Made by a program: the position numbers and the translations under genes. From Naegleria gruberi (Eukaryota): DNA of 64,000 bases. The notes beneath the pieces were generated by a model that worked only from the letters and a program-made list of their open reading frames with translations, was not told the origin of the DNA and searched no databases. Of the stretch, positions 22,298-32,318 are shown one piece after another. Numbering within the stretch: position 1 is the first letter of the stretch; every line of letters starts with the position of its first letter. Location: NCBI GenBank assembly GCA_000004985.1, contig GG738865.1. One strand, given 5' to 3'.

Positions 22298-23746
22298 CTA
22301 TATTGTCTTGATGGTGAGTTTGATGATAGGGAATGTTTGGGTGTTGAGGATATGCAAGAGCGCATCATTGTCGAATCTAACCAGTTTAAAAATTAAATCA
22401 TCCCAGTAGTGAAATGTACAAAATTGGTAGTGAGGAAGTTGTGGAAATTTGGAGCGAATTTTTGAGATTATTGTTGAGAAGTTAGATTCTTGTAGAGTGT
22501 TAGAAATGAGAACTGTTTCGTCTTGGAAAGTGGCATAAACCACAACCCTTCTATCAATAGATTGATTACTACCACTACTTGCGATTCTTGTCTGAATATT
22601 TAACTGTTCCATTGTCGGCGTGCTTGTAGAAAGAAATATCTCTTCATAATCTTTTAAAGTCCTAGATGGGATTGGAAGAGCTGTTGAGGGTGTGAAATAC
22701 GAAGTGTTTGCATTCTGAACTTCATTCTCTAAGGTGGTGACAATAGTTTCATGACGTTCATAAAAGATTGGTTTGATCGTAGAAACATCAACTGGTGCAT
22801 TACGCTTAATATCAGTTTCATTCGACAGTGGTGTTTTAGCATTTTTCTCTTCTTCTATTTTATGAATCTCTGAAGCAGTACGGTTTTTGAACAGTCTTTG
22901 ATTATTTGGCAGTTCCTTATTAATTTTTTCTTTTGAAATGGGTGTCTTTTTTGGAGAGGAGGTTTCTTGTTTCCTCTTTTTTCTGTGCTTTTTCAAAGGG
23001 CCAACAATCTGTCCAGCCAACCGTGGATCGTTGGAGGTAGCTGACCTTGTCAATTTAATTGGTGCACTACTTCTTGTTCTCCTAGTATTTGAATTTGGAT
23101 GTGAGGAATTTGACTCATCATTGTATTCACTATCAGATTCAGAATTAGAGTATAATGAAGAAGACGATGATGAATCTGACTCACTCTCTGAAGATTCATT
23201 CAATACTACCTTTGGTTTTCTTCCTCGTTTAGCCTTCACCTTCCCAATATCACTGGTTGACTCTTGTGAGAAATCAAAACTATGTTGTTTGGCTATTGCT
23301 TTGGCAACCTCCACAACTTGTGGTGTCAATTTGGCATAGAATTCTTCAATTTTCTTCAAATAATCCTTTTTAAATGCTTCCTTCTCCTCTTCAGAACCAC
23401 TAACTGATTGAAGGCTTTTTTTAATAATTGTAGTAATTTCTCTTCTAGCCTTTATCACATCTGCATTATCCTCGATCTTATTAGATATAGAACGCCACAA
23501 ATTAGAAATAAATGAATTATTCTCTAGAAGAAAGGGGGCTGGCAATCCCGAAAGGAATTTGAATAGTTTGACATATTTGCACTCACCACTCGAATGGTGG
23601 GTAAATATACAGTGAGGACATCTCATGGCAAATTTTGAGTCGTCAATTGCCCCTTTCTCTGAACTCTTTTCATTCTTCTTTTCAACAAATAAAACAGGCT
23701 GTTCCTCAGGCTGCACTTGCTTGTTCATATCGGAAATCTGCTCCAT
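22298..23746 (-). CDS. hypothetical Ser/Lys-rich nuclear-type protein (482 aa) with a compact C-terminal beta-grasp/PB1-like module
   Basis: Long ORF with a Cys/His cluster near the N-terminus (CPHCIFTHHSSGEC), an extensive Ser/Asp/Lys-rich disordered middle and a conserved-looking C-terminal 80 aa (VVVYATFQDETVLIS...FCTFHYWDDLIFKL). Confidence 0.45.
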   Translation of the reverse strand: MEQISDMNKQVQPEEQPVLFVEKKNEKSSEKGAIDDSKFAMRCPHCIFTHHSSGECKYVKLFKFLSGLPAPFLLENNSFISNLWRSISNKIEDNADVIKARREITTIIKKSLQSVSGSEEEKEAFKKDYLKKIEEFYAKLTPQVVEVAKAIAKQHSFDFSQESTSDIGKVKAKRGRKPKVVLNESSESESDSSSSSSLYSNSESDSEYNDESNSSHPNSNTRRTRSSAPIKLTRSATSNDPRLAGQIVGPLKKHRKKRKQETSSPKKTPISKEKINKELPNNQRLFKNRTASEIHKIEEEKNAKTPLSNETDIKRNAPVDVSTIKPIFYERHETIVTTLENEVQNANTSYFTPSTALPIPSRTLKDYEEIFLSTSTPTMEQLNIQTRIASSGSNQSIDRRVVVYATFQDETVLISNTLQESNFSTIISKIRSKFPQLPHYQFCTFHYWDDLIFKLVRFDNDALLHILNTQTFPIIKLTIKTI

Positions 23747-23994
23747 TCTTCTTTAAACAGATTCTGTAAAATCAATTTATATTTAATAATTTAATAAATT
23801 AAAAAAGGGGTAGAAATTAATAATGGGTTGATGGGTTGTCACTGATAAAAAGCCTTGTTCATCAGTGTTTGCTATTATTTTTTTAAAACAAGGCTTGATT
23901 GATTTGGGGATTTGTCTTTTTAGTGACAACTCTAGCCGCACAGAAGTAATGAAGCTTTCAATGAAAATGGTCTTTATTTGTACAATGTGGTATT

Positions 23995-25434
23995 TTACAA
24001 CATTTTTATAATTACATCAATATACAATGTGTTATCTACAAGGAATCCACTCTGGGGGTCATTTAATCTTTCTAGAGCGAGTAATTGTTGCCTACCTAAA
24101 CTGGCACTATCTTTTTGAAAGTGTTCATTGAAACATTCGTGTTCTACTGATAGATTTTGCATGTCTTTCTGGTTGACCACTCTGAGGGTAAAGTCACAAT
24201 AGGCACTCGATTGATTATTATTCTCAATGACCAGACTCAAAAATACACTTATATGAGTATTGAATGAATCTCCCAAAGGATAGAGAACTACTTTCCATGT
24301 ATGTCCACCAATTTGAATTAATGGAGAGCTAACATGTTTCTTACTAATTTTAGAATAGTTTGGAATTCTCCAACGATAGTGGGCATGAGCATTTTGTTTG
24401 AATACTTGAACTACATAAATTCCCTTTCTATTTGGATTAATTCTTCCTTCATCTCCTCTCAATACTGCTCTCCTATTCTTGACAAAACTTGTTTCATTGG
24501 TACTATAATATTTGTAAGCCTCAAAAAGTAATTCGTGAGGAACAATATCCAAAGGTTCCACAGAATTCAATAAATATTCAGGTTTAATGAGTGGGAATCT
24601 GATAAAGTCGACTACATTCTTAATGATATCTCTCACAGATAATGTAGAATCTTTTCGGTCAATCCTGATCATACCCCAAGAAACTACCTTTTCTATTTCA
24701 AATTGTTAACAATTAATGATTATAAAGAACTTACCAAATAAATATTCTTCCTTTAAATTTAAATAATCCGATTGAAGAACTTCAATTAATGAATCCTCAG
24801 AAAGTAGAGTGAGGAAAGTATCATTTTCAAAACATTCATCCACATGATCTAATGCCACACTGTAAATAATTATTACTAAATATAATAAAATTACCTTCAA
24901 TAAATCTCAAACATAATTTCTTTAAAAGAGGTAATTCAAGCTCTCCTGCTGCATCAATCAGAGGTACAACATTTGCAGCTGAAATTTGTACTTTTCCACA
25001 ATAAATAAATCTCAAAACTTCCTTGAACACTATTTCCAAATTAATTTTAAAGATTAAAAACCATAAAACCCACCATTTGGAAGAACATTTGGCTTCTTGA
25101 TTGGATTTTCTTCAGAACTGTTACTCTCACGAAATCCGAGAGTGAACATGTTACGAAAATATGGACAACGAGCAGCTAGGACACATTTGTGTGCTGATAT
25201 TAATTCCTGATCATGATGTTCAGATCCAACAAGAAAGAAAACATCTCTGAAATGTTCCATCTGATATAATTGTTCAAAATCCGTACTCAATGTACTAGTA
25301 TCTTGTAAATCAGTTCCGACTAATCCAAAAATTTGATCACCATAATTTTGACTAATATTCAAATCGGAATCATCAAGATTTGGAGTCTCCACACCATTAG
25401 GTTCATCAACAGCTGATCCTAGTTGATGAACCAT
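23995..25434 (-). CDS. BTB/POZ protein with BACK-like linker and C-terminal MATH (TRAF-like) domain; 4 exons (about 25434-25079, 25037-24884, 24848-24750, 24694-23995)
   Basis: Exons 1-2 carry the BTB core (FRDVFFLVGSEHHDQELISAHKCVLAARCPYFRNMF ... EVLRFIYCGKVQISAANVVPLIDAAGELELPLLKKLC). The last exon carries a MATH signature (YRWRIPNYSKI...IQIGGHTWKVVLYPLGD...ISVFLSLVIENN...YCDFTLRVVNQKD). Three short GT..AG introns connect in-frame ORF fragments. Confidence 0.65.
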
Positions 25435-25680
25435 TTTTTTCTATTTAAAAATAAATTGTTTAATATTAATAAATAATATTTTAAACAATGTTGTAAAACT
25501 CCCAATCCATCGTATTCATATAATTAATGAATTTATCAATAGGATACCTGTTAAGGATGAATATTAAAAATTGTTTTTGTTAACATTTGTATGATGATCA
25601 CGTTGGCGCCAAAACCATGTACAATTCCTACATCATCTTTTTCACCTCAAAGCCTCATCATACAACAATAAAAGAAAAAA

Positions 25681-26793
25681 ATGTCTACAAAAGGTGAATC
25701 GACCCGTTTGAAACCAAAGAATGCACCTCTCATTGAGGAAATTAGTGATGATGAAGAAGAAGTCACAATTGAAGAAGAAAAACCAAAGATTTCAAAGAGA
25801 CAAGAAAAGAGGGAGAGAAAGGCTTCAAGAATGATGGATCCTGCTGCTACTGAAGACAATGATTCCGAAGAATTAAAAGCCCTCAAAAGAGAAGTTCTCA
25901 AAAAAGCATTCAGCACATTTAAAGAGACTGAGGAAAAGAAACAAACAAACAAGTCAGCAATTGCCTACAACTTTATTGTCTTTGTTTTCATTGTCTCAGT
26001 GCTATCCTTATTTATTTTTCAAGCATTTATCATGAAGATTGCACCAACAGATGTAATTACTCCAAAAGAAACTCAGGAATTATTCTCTGGCAACAGCTCA
26101 ATCAAGGCCTTTAATATTCTATTAGGTATGGCATACTCTCCTAGACTTACTCTCCTCTATTTGGCTGTCACTGATAGACAAGTTATTGTGGATCTTTTTG
26201 ACAAGTCTGGATTAGTTTTTGGAAAGGACAAGAACAGCTATCTTGATTTGAGTCTTAAGGTGATGGGGTGTGCCATCTCTCCACGTTTATTCTTCATTTT
26301 ACAGAGTGCCAACGTGTTGATTGATAGACATTATGATCTTGTTGAGAGTGGAACAGTTTTTTCTGTAATTTCAGAACAACTTCAAGACTTTGGAGGTCTC
26401 TACTCTTTGGTTACTGACTCCTTCTGGAAGAATGACAAGACATTTGAGACTCTCTTCTTTTCATTCTCAATTTTCTGTCAAGTAGTATTTTTAATCTTTG
26501 ACTTTGCTTCGAGAATTGGATTTTTCAAGAGAGGAGTTAAATTCTTAATCATGCTTCTCCTTTGGGTTGTATTGAACTCTTACTTTATCCCTCCAATGAT
26601 TTTGTCTTACATGTTCAAGATTACCTATTTCATTCAGCCTGGATTAACTTTGATCATGTACTTGACTGAAAGTTTGGAAATCAAATACGAAAAGCAATTA
26701 CTCGATTCTCAAGAAAGAGAACAAAGAGAAGCCTTCTTAAAGGATGCTCGTGAAACTTTGAAAAAGGCTCAACAATCCAAAAAGCAAGAATAA
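25681..26793 (+). CDS. membrane protein with acidic N-terminus, about 6 TM segments and C-terminal coiled coil (370 aa)
   Basis: ATG ORF with multiple hydrophobic helices. Family not recognised. Confidence 0.45.
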   Translation: MSTKGESTRLKPKNAPLIEEISDDEEEVTIEEEKPKISKRQEKRERKASRMMDPAATEDNDSEELKALKREVLKKAFSTFKETEEKKQTNKSAIAYNFIVFVFIVSVLSLFIFQAFIMKIAPTDVITPKETQELFSGNSSIKAFNILLGMAYSPRLTLLYLAVTDRQVIVDLFDKSGLVFGKDKNSYLDLSLKVMGCAISPRLFFILQSANVLIDRHYDLVESGTVFSVISEQLQDFGGLYSLVTDSFWKNDKTFETLFFSFSIFCQVVFLIFDFASRIGFFKRGVKFLIMLLLWVVLNSYFIPPMILSYMFKITYFIQPGLTLIMYLTESLEIKYEKQLLDSQEREQREAFLKDARETLKKAQQSKKQE

Positions 26794-26941
26794 AGGTTCA
26801 AATATTTATTATTTTTTAAAAGTACCTCCAACTTTCACAATATCATAGGTGCTTACTGTCAAGGGTAAGTATTTCAATATGAATCATCAACCCTGTTACA
26901 AAACTCTTAAGAATATTTATTAATAAAAATTCAAATAAAAA

Positions 26942-27502
26942 ATGCAAGAACAATTCACCACACGACCAATCTATCAAAAACTGATAACGGAAGTTTATGA
27001 AGATAGGTTGAGACAATTAATAGAAGAAAGAGATACCCTTTCGGAAAAGTTTTTAAAGTTGTATGTGCTTGTTTAAATATGTATTGTGTAGGAATTTAAT
27101 TCATGATCAATAGTCAGGAATTAGCTGTGCAATTACAAACAATTAGTAGTAAGAAGGAATTTAATACTCTGGTGGATGTCGGAAGTAATTTCTATGTTCA
27201 AGGACATGTGTAAGTGTAAAGATGATGAAATTAAGTTGATTTATATAATTTTGGGGATAAATGATTGTTGAACGCTTTAAATTGGTTAATTTATGGATTG
27301 GATAAACAGACCAAGTACGGAAATTGTTTATTTAAATATTGGATTAGACTTCTTATCGGAATTCAAGCTAGCAGATGCTATCAACTTTGTAAATAATCAA
27401 ATCAAAATTTTGGACGACATGATTGAAGATAAAAAGCAAAGAGCCATAATTTTGGAACAAAACATTCATCTTGCATTGACTAATAATGGATTTGAAAAGT
27501 AA
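26942..27502 (+). CDS. alpha-class prefoldin-like small protein, 3 exons (26942-27060, 27114-27209, 27310-27502), about 135 aa; not present as one ORF in the track
   Basis: The exon 1 ORF from ATG 26942 (MQEQFTTRPIYQKLITEVYEDRLRQLIEERDTLSEKFLK) ends at GTATGT. Exon 2 (QELAVQLQTISSKKEFNTLVDVGSNFYVQGHV) ends at GTAAGT. Exon 3 is the ORF 27293-27502 (PSTEIVYLNIGLDFLSEFKLADAINFVNNQIKIL...). Two beta-hairpins flanked by helices is the prefoldin alpha architecture. Confidence 0.5.
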
Positions 27503-27521
27503 ATTTATTTTGGCTAGTTCC

Positions 27522-30500
27522 TCACTCGACCAAATCATCAATTACTTTTTCATTCTTTTCAACAAATCCTGGAATGCTCTTTTCACCAATACCAATTTTG
27601 GTGAGCTCGTTAATGGATTTGAATGGTCTGTGTTCGATAATCTTTTCAGCCTTTTTATCACCAATAGTGACAAGCCTCTTCAATTCTTTAACTTCATTTG
27701 ATTCATCATTGATATATTCCAATATCTTTTCAGCAGTTGAGCTACTCTTTAAAGATGCTGGTTTGGATTTTGTTGCTGTCTTTTTCTTTGGTTTCTCCTC
27801 TTCTTCATCTTCATCGACCATCTTGTCGTTGTTAACTTGTTTCTCCTCTTCTTCATCTTTGTAAAGTGCCTTGGTTCTTTCTTCATTCTTGATTCTTCTC
27901 TTCAACTTTTCAACCTTTCGTTGGAGTTTTTCATTTGTTGGGAGAAGAGCAAGAGCCTTTTCCAAGAGTTCCAAAGAACCTCTCTCATTACCTTCCTTCT
28001 TTAAAATGGCTGCTTCCTTAATGTGATTTCTTGCAAGAGCCAGTTTGTCCTCTTTCGTCAACATTCTTCCAGAATCCAATGTCAAATCCATGGACTTGTT
28101 AATGGCAAAAGTGCTAATCTCCAGAAGAGCTGCATTATCGAAGAATACTGCACCAGCTTCCTGCTTTGGTTTCTTTCCTCTTCTGACGGCCTTTGGCACA
28201 AAACTATTCTTTTTCTCCTCTTCTTCCACTTGCTCTTCTTGTTCATTTTCAGAATCAGAATCTTCTGCTGAAGATCTCTTTCTTTTTGGAGCAGTATTCT
28301 TCTTGGTAGCTTGTCTTGTCTTTGGCTTTTCCTTTACAGGAGAAGGTACATTGGTCTTGGTGTAAATGATGGATTCTTCGATTTTAGGATCAAAGATAAT
28401 TCCTTCCAATGGTTGTACTGGTTGTATTTTAACAGGTTTAGGAAGTGTAGTCTCTGTTGTGATCTTTTCAAGTAATGGTGAAGGAGTAATAATGATTGGT
28501 TGAACTGCAGTTGATGTCGACAATTCGTTATTCTTCTTTTCGAATAAATCATCTGTTGTAACATTCTCCAAACCTCCCAATATAGTGTGGAAATCATCAA
28601 CAGGGAAGAGTGTAATATCCTTCTCCTTGATTGGGGAAATTGCTGAAAGATCCAACTCTGGAAGGGTTGACTTAGTTGACGAACCTGGCTTAGTAATACC
28701 TCTTGATTGCAAGCTCTTTAACCTTTGATTTCTTGTTGGAGTTTTGTTATTTACATGATTAGGTTTTTGATTAGATAAATTAGTTTTTGGTTTTTGATCT
28801 GACAATGTTTGAGGTGATGGTACTTTTCTTTGTGCACTCAGGTTTAAGGTTGACTTGGTGTTTATCTTAGAGAGTGAGGTTGTCTTAGATGCAGCTAGTG
28901 ATGGTGTATTGTTGCTAGGTGTGGAAGGAACTTGATTTTCCTTTCCTAATTGCTTGTTGGCAAATGATGGTGTCGAATTCATAGTGTTGGTATTAAGAGT
29001 AGAGAGTGGAGCTCTGTTGGACGATGTTGCTTTGAAAGTCTTAGCCAAAGGTGTAGTGGTAGTAGATACAGATATCACTTTGCTCATTACAATCTCTGGT
29101 GTTCTTGAGTCCTTCTTGTTTGAGGACTTTGGAGCTTGGAATGAAGAGGTTGTTGGTTTAGGAGTAGTTGTTGATTGCTTTTGGAAGAGAGGTGGAGTTG
29201 GGAGCGAATTCATTGTCTTGACACTCATTGGGGTAGAGGAGCTCTTCTTTGTGGAAGTGAGTGGAGTTGAACCAACACTCTTAGCAGAGCTAGGAGTTGA
29301 GCTAGTTGATTTGGATGGAGTAATCTCGTCTAAATCATTTAACATGGCACTCAATTTTCTCTTCATGTCCATAAAATCTGAACCATCAGAACTGACCATT
29401 GTATTAGATGAAGTATTCGAAGCTCCTGTAAGTGCCAAATGTTCCAACTTGGCCAATCTATCCAAAATCTCATCTTGCAACGAAATACTCCTCTTCAAAA
29501 TTGGATTCAAAATGCCTTGTTTCAAATCTTCTTGTGCCTTCTCCAAGTCTTCTTTTGTTGCAAAATTGTTTGGAGCTAAAAGCATCATTTGGTTAATATA
29601 ATCAGCTCCAGACAGAGATTTAGATGTGGAGGTGACTCCAATCTTCTTTTGCGACATTAATTTTTCCTTTTCCAATTGCAAAAGTTTCAATTGTGTATCC
29701 TTATCAGCTCCATATCCTATGTTTGCCATATTTTCCAAGGCTTTTCTTTCTTCCTCATTTTCAAAGTAGCTGGCATTTATCACAGGCTTATTTACAATGG
29801 ATTGTGATTTCATACCAAATCTCAGGGATTTGTGAGTATCTACATAGTGTTCAGTAAATGGAGAAACATTGACAACCATGATTGCTTGAGAAGATCCACC
29901 GAGAGAATCTTGTAACAATCGTGTAAGTTTGCTGTCACGATACGAAACCTTTTGATTCTTGGAATTTAATTGATCTACAACCTTTCTCAAGCTGAATAAG
30001 GATGTATTGATACTACTCGATTCTGCCAACCTAGCACCAGTATTACCAGTCTTTCTATTATCTTCAGAACCAGCCAAATCTATTAAATTAATCTTACCAG
30101 TGAGCCATTGACCTGATCTAGGATCCTTATTTTTCACAGTAAGTGTTAAAATAGCATGAGATCGAGAAGATTGCACGTTGAGTTTCGTTGAGGCAACCTT
30201 CCTATTCTTCATACCCACTTGATAAAATTCCTCACAAAATCCATCATAGGACGTTATTGATTTGATAGTTAGTCCCTTAACAATAATATTCTTACTCTTA
30301 TCTTCATGGAGAGGTAAATCCTTTCCAAGAGATGTGGTTGAATCTTTCGAAGAAACCAACAAGTCAAAGACCTTCTCGTTATAAATCTCCAAGTAGGAAA
30401 CAGATAATTTACAGAGTGGAGCAGAACTATCTGGGCCCTTTCTCCTTTCCACTTCAAATAATAATTGTTGTACTGTTCGAGGAATAAGGCCCATATTTTC

Positions 30501-30977
30501 CAAAGTTTCACCACCCTGCATGGTGTGAGTTTTACCACTTCCAGTCATACCATAGCAAAACACTGTTGTATTAAAACCATCAAAGAGAGTGTCCACTATT
30601 GGTATTATTTCGTTTTGGAAGATTTCATCTTGTGTGGAGGATTCATCATAGGTGGCATCGAATTCAAAACGAATTTCATCGCCAGGATTTCTTGGATCCT
30701 TCATGTACACTATATTGTTCAATGATTGTTGTTGTTGTTGTTCTGATTTGCCAACACGACATGTTTGAAAGCCTGATTTTTCAACTTCACTGGGCAGAAG
30801 AGGTCGGATACGAGAGGCAACTCTTACCTTTCTTCCACCTGTTGTTGATGTGTTATTATTACTAGTAGTGGTGGTGCTGTTGTTGGATATTGATAAACTT
30901 AATGATGGCGAATCGTTGTGTACCATAAAATTTGCCGAGCAACCACGAGGACTCTTTGCAATGCACTGTGTTGACAT
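27522..30977 (-). CDS. KIF22: chromokinesin (Kid/kinesin-10-like): N-terminal motor, Ser/Thr/Pro-rich stalk, TPR-like helical segment, C-terminal helix-hairpin-helix DNA-binding motif; about 1151 aa from ATG (MSTQC...)
   Basis: Motor motifs: RVASRIRPL, FCYGMTGSGKTHTM, SSRSHAILTLTV, LIDLAGSEDNRKTG, HVDTHKSLRFGMKS. The C-terminus (LKRLVTIGDKKAEKIIEHRPFKSINELTKIGIGEKSIPGFVEKN) resembles the HhH of Kid. The first ATG is at about 30977, downstream of the track's TTG start. Confidence 0.8.
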   Translation of the reverse strand: MSTQCIAKSPRGCSANFMVHNDSPSLSLSISNNSTTTTSNNNTSTTGGRKVRVASRIRPLLPSEVEKSGFQTCRVGKSEQQQQQSLNNIVYMKDPRNPGDEIRFEFDATYDESSTQDEIFQNEIIPIVDTLFDGFNTTVFCYGMTGSGKTHTMQGGETLENMGLIPRTVQQLLFEVERRKGPDSSAPLCKLSVSYLEIYNEKVFDLLVSSKDSTTSLGKDLPLHEDKSKNIIVKGLTIKSITSYDGFCEEFYQVGMKNRKVASTKLNVQSSRSHAILTLTVKNKDPRSGQWLTGKINLIDLAGSEDNRKTGNTGARLAESSSINTSLFSLRKVVDQLNSKNQKVSYRDSKLTRLLQDSLGGSSQAIMVVNVSPFTEHYVDTHKSLRFGMKSQSIVNKPVINASYFENEEERKALENMANIGYGADKDTQLKLLQLEKEKLMSQKKIGVTSTSKSLSGADYINQMMLLAPNNFATKEDLEKAQEDLKQGILNPILKRSISLQDEILDRLAKLEHLALTGASNTSSNTMVSSDGSDFMDMKRKLSAMLNDLDEITPSKSTSSTPSSAKSVGSTPLTSTKKSSSTPMSVKTMNSLPTPPLFQKQSTTTPKPTTSSFQAPKSSNKKDSRTPEIVMSKVISVSTTTTPLAKTFKATSSNRAPLSTLNTNTMNSTPSFANKQLGKENQVPSTPSNNTPSLAASKTTSLSKINTKSTLNLSAQRKVPSPQTLSDQKPKTNLSNQKPNHVNNKTPTRNQRLKSLQSRGITKPGSSTKSTLPELDLSAISPIKEKDITLFPVDDFHTILGGLENVTTDDLFEKKNNELSTSTAVQPIIITPSPLLEKITTETTLPKPVKIQPVQPLEGIIFDPKIEESIIYTKTNVPSPVKEKPKTRQATKKNTAPKRKRSSAEDSDSENEQEEQVEEEEKKNSFVPKAVRRGKKPKQEAGAVFFDNAALLEISTFAINKSMDLTLDSGRMLTKEDKLALARNHIKEAAILKKEGNERGSLELLEKALALLPTNEKLQRKVEKLKRRIKNEERTKALYKDEEEEKQVNNDKMVDEDEEEEKPKKKTATKSKPASLKSSSTAEKILEYINDESNEVKELKRLVTIGDKKAEKIIEHRPFKSINELTKIGIGEKSIPGFVEKNEKVIDDLVE

Positions 30978-31594
30978 TTTTTTGGTTCTTATTTTCTTCA
31001 ACGGTTTGTGTTTTGAATTTTTGGCGGGAAGAAGTTGAACGAATGAATTGGGTTTATTGCAAAATCAAGGCTAGCTTGGTGTAGTTCCATGTCATCAGCT
31101 TGGGAATTAAATGCTCTAATTACTCCTCATTTAGGATTGATTCCTCTTGCATGTTAAATCAAGGTGAGCCAAATATTCAAGATTCTTTGCTGAGAAGATA
31201 GAGGTTGAGTGTACCAAAGTTTTTATTTTGGTGGTTCCATCCAGACAATACCACGTCTACATTTAAAATGTAACGGCTAGTTTGTTTGATATCATAATGA
31301 TTGAAGAATAATATCAACACCTATATAATATGTTCTTCTTTACCATCACCTTCATCTAATTACGAATTCTGCTCAGTACACAACTTCTTGATGTGATTGA
31401 AACCTAATATTTGTGCTCAATCCTTGTGGTTCCATTTACATCTTGTATCTATTTTCAAACCGACGCGCCAAAATTTCGATCCTCTTCCAAGTTTACAAAA
31501 AACTGTTATTCATTTTACTCAGAAAAAATAAATTCAACCTTCGTCACAGTCAGCAACAACCAAATCAACAAAGAAAAAAACAACAACATCAAAA
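30978..31594. promoter_or_regulatory. shared divergent intergenic/promoter region between the chromokinesin (-) and histone H2B (+) genes
   Basis: About 620 bp AT-rich spacer between two divergently oriented start codons. No element-level motif assigned. Confidence 0.4.
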
Positions 31595-32085
31595 TGCCAG
31601 CTAAGACTAAGAAATCCACTGAAAGCAAGGATAAGACCAAGGAAACCAAGAAGGACAAGGTTACCAAGAAGACTACAAAGGCTTCCGGTGATGGTGAAGA
31701 AGGTGAAAAGGACGACAAGAAGAAGAAGTCTAGACATGAATCCTACTCTTCATATATCTACAAGGTCTTGAGACAAGTCCACTCTGATATTGGTATTTCC
31801 ACCAAGGCTATGTCTATCATGAACTCTTTCATCCAAGATATCTTTGAAAGAATTGCCAATGAAGCTGCTCAATTGTGTAGAGTCAATGGTACTAAGACTT
31901 TGTCTTCTCGTGAAATCCAAACTGCTGTCAGATTGATCCTTCCAGGTGAATTGGCTAAGCACGCTGTTTCTGAAGGTACCAAGGCTGTTACCAAGTATCA
32001 AACTTCATCAGGAAAGACTGCTCCAAAGAAGAGAGAGAAGAAGGAAAAGAAGGAAAAGTCTGAAAAGGCTACTGAAAGCAAGTAA
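31595..32085 (+). CDS. H2B: histone H2B with lysine/glutamate-rich C-terminal extension (163 aa)
   Basis: Histone-fold region near-identical to canonical H2B ([88 protein letters not shown]). It is followed by the non-canonical tail [31 protein letters not shown] at 31595. Confidence 0.95.
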
Positions 32086-32318
32086 ATTGCTATTGGTAAA
32101 ATCCATCAATACACACAAAAACAACCCTAGGCAACTGTACAAATTAACTTATATAAACATACAAAATTCTTAAATATTTATTGTTTAATATTTCGCTAAG
32201 CTTACAAGTATCGGAAATGTTTTAAAATCATAAAAAATAACTTCACTACTGTTGGAAGCTAATGTGATTGATAACACTTAGTATGAAGTTAATTTCTGAG
32301 GAATCATCATTATGTTTA

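Noticed and set aside
25647-25952. 101-aa minus-strand ORF
   Set aside because: It overlaps the start of the plus-strand membrane-protein gene at 25681. It is low-complexity Ser/Phe-rich with no support.
28954-29601. 215-aa plus-strand ORF rich in Val/Gly/Glu
   Set aside because: It is antisense to the Ser/Thr/Pro-rich stalk of the chromokinesin. The low-complexity sequence keeps the opposite frame open.
31515-31737. Two overlapping 67-aa minus-strand ORFs, and the track's extension of H2B upstream to 31411
   Set aside because: They are antisense to the lysine-rich H2B N-terminal tail. The real H2B start is the ATG at 31595, and the upstream extension has no histone similarity.
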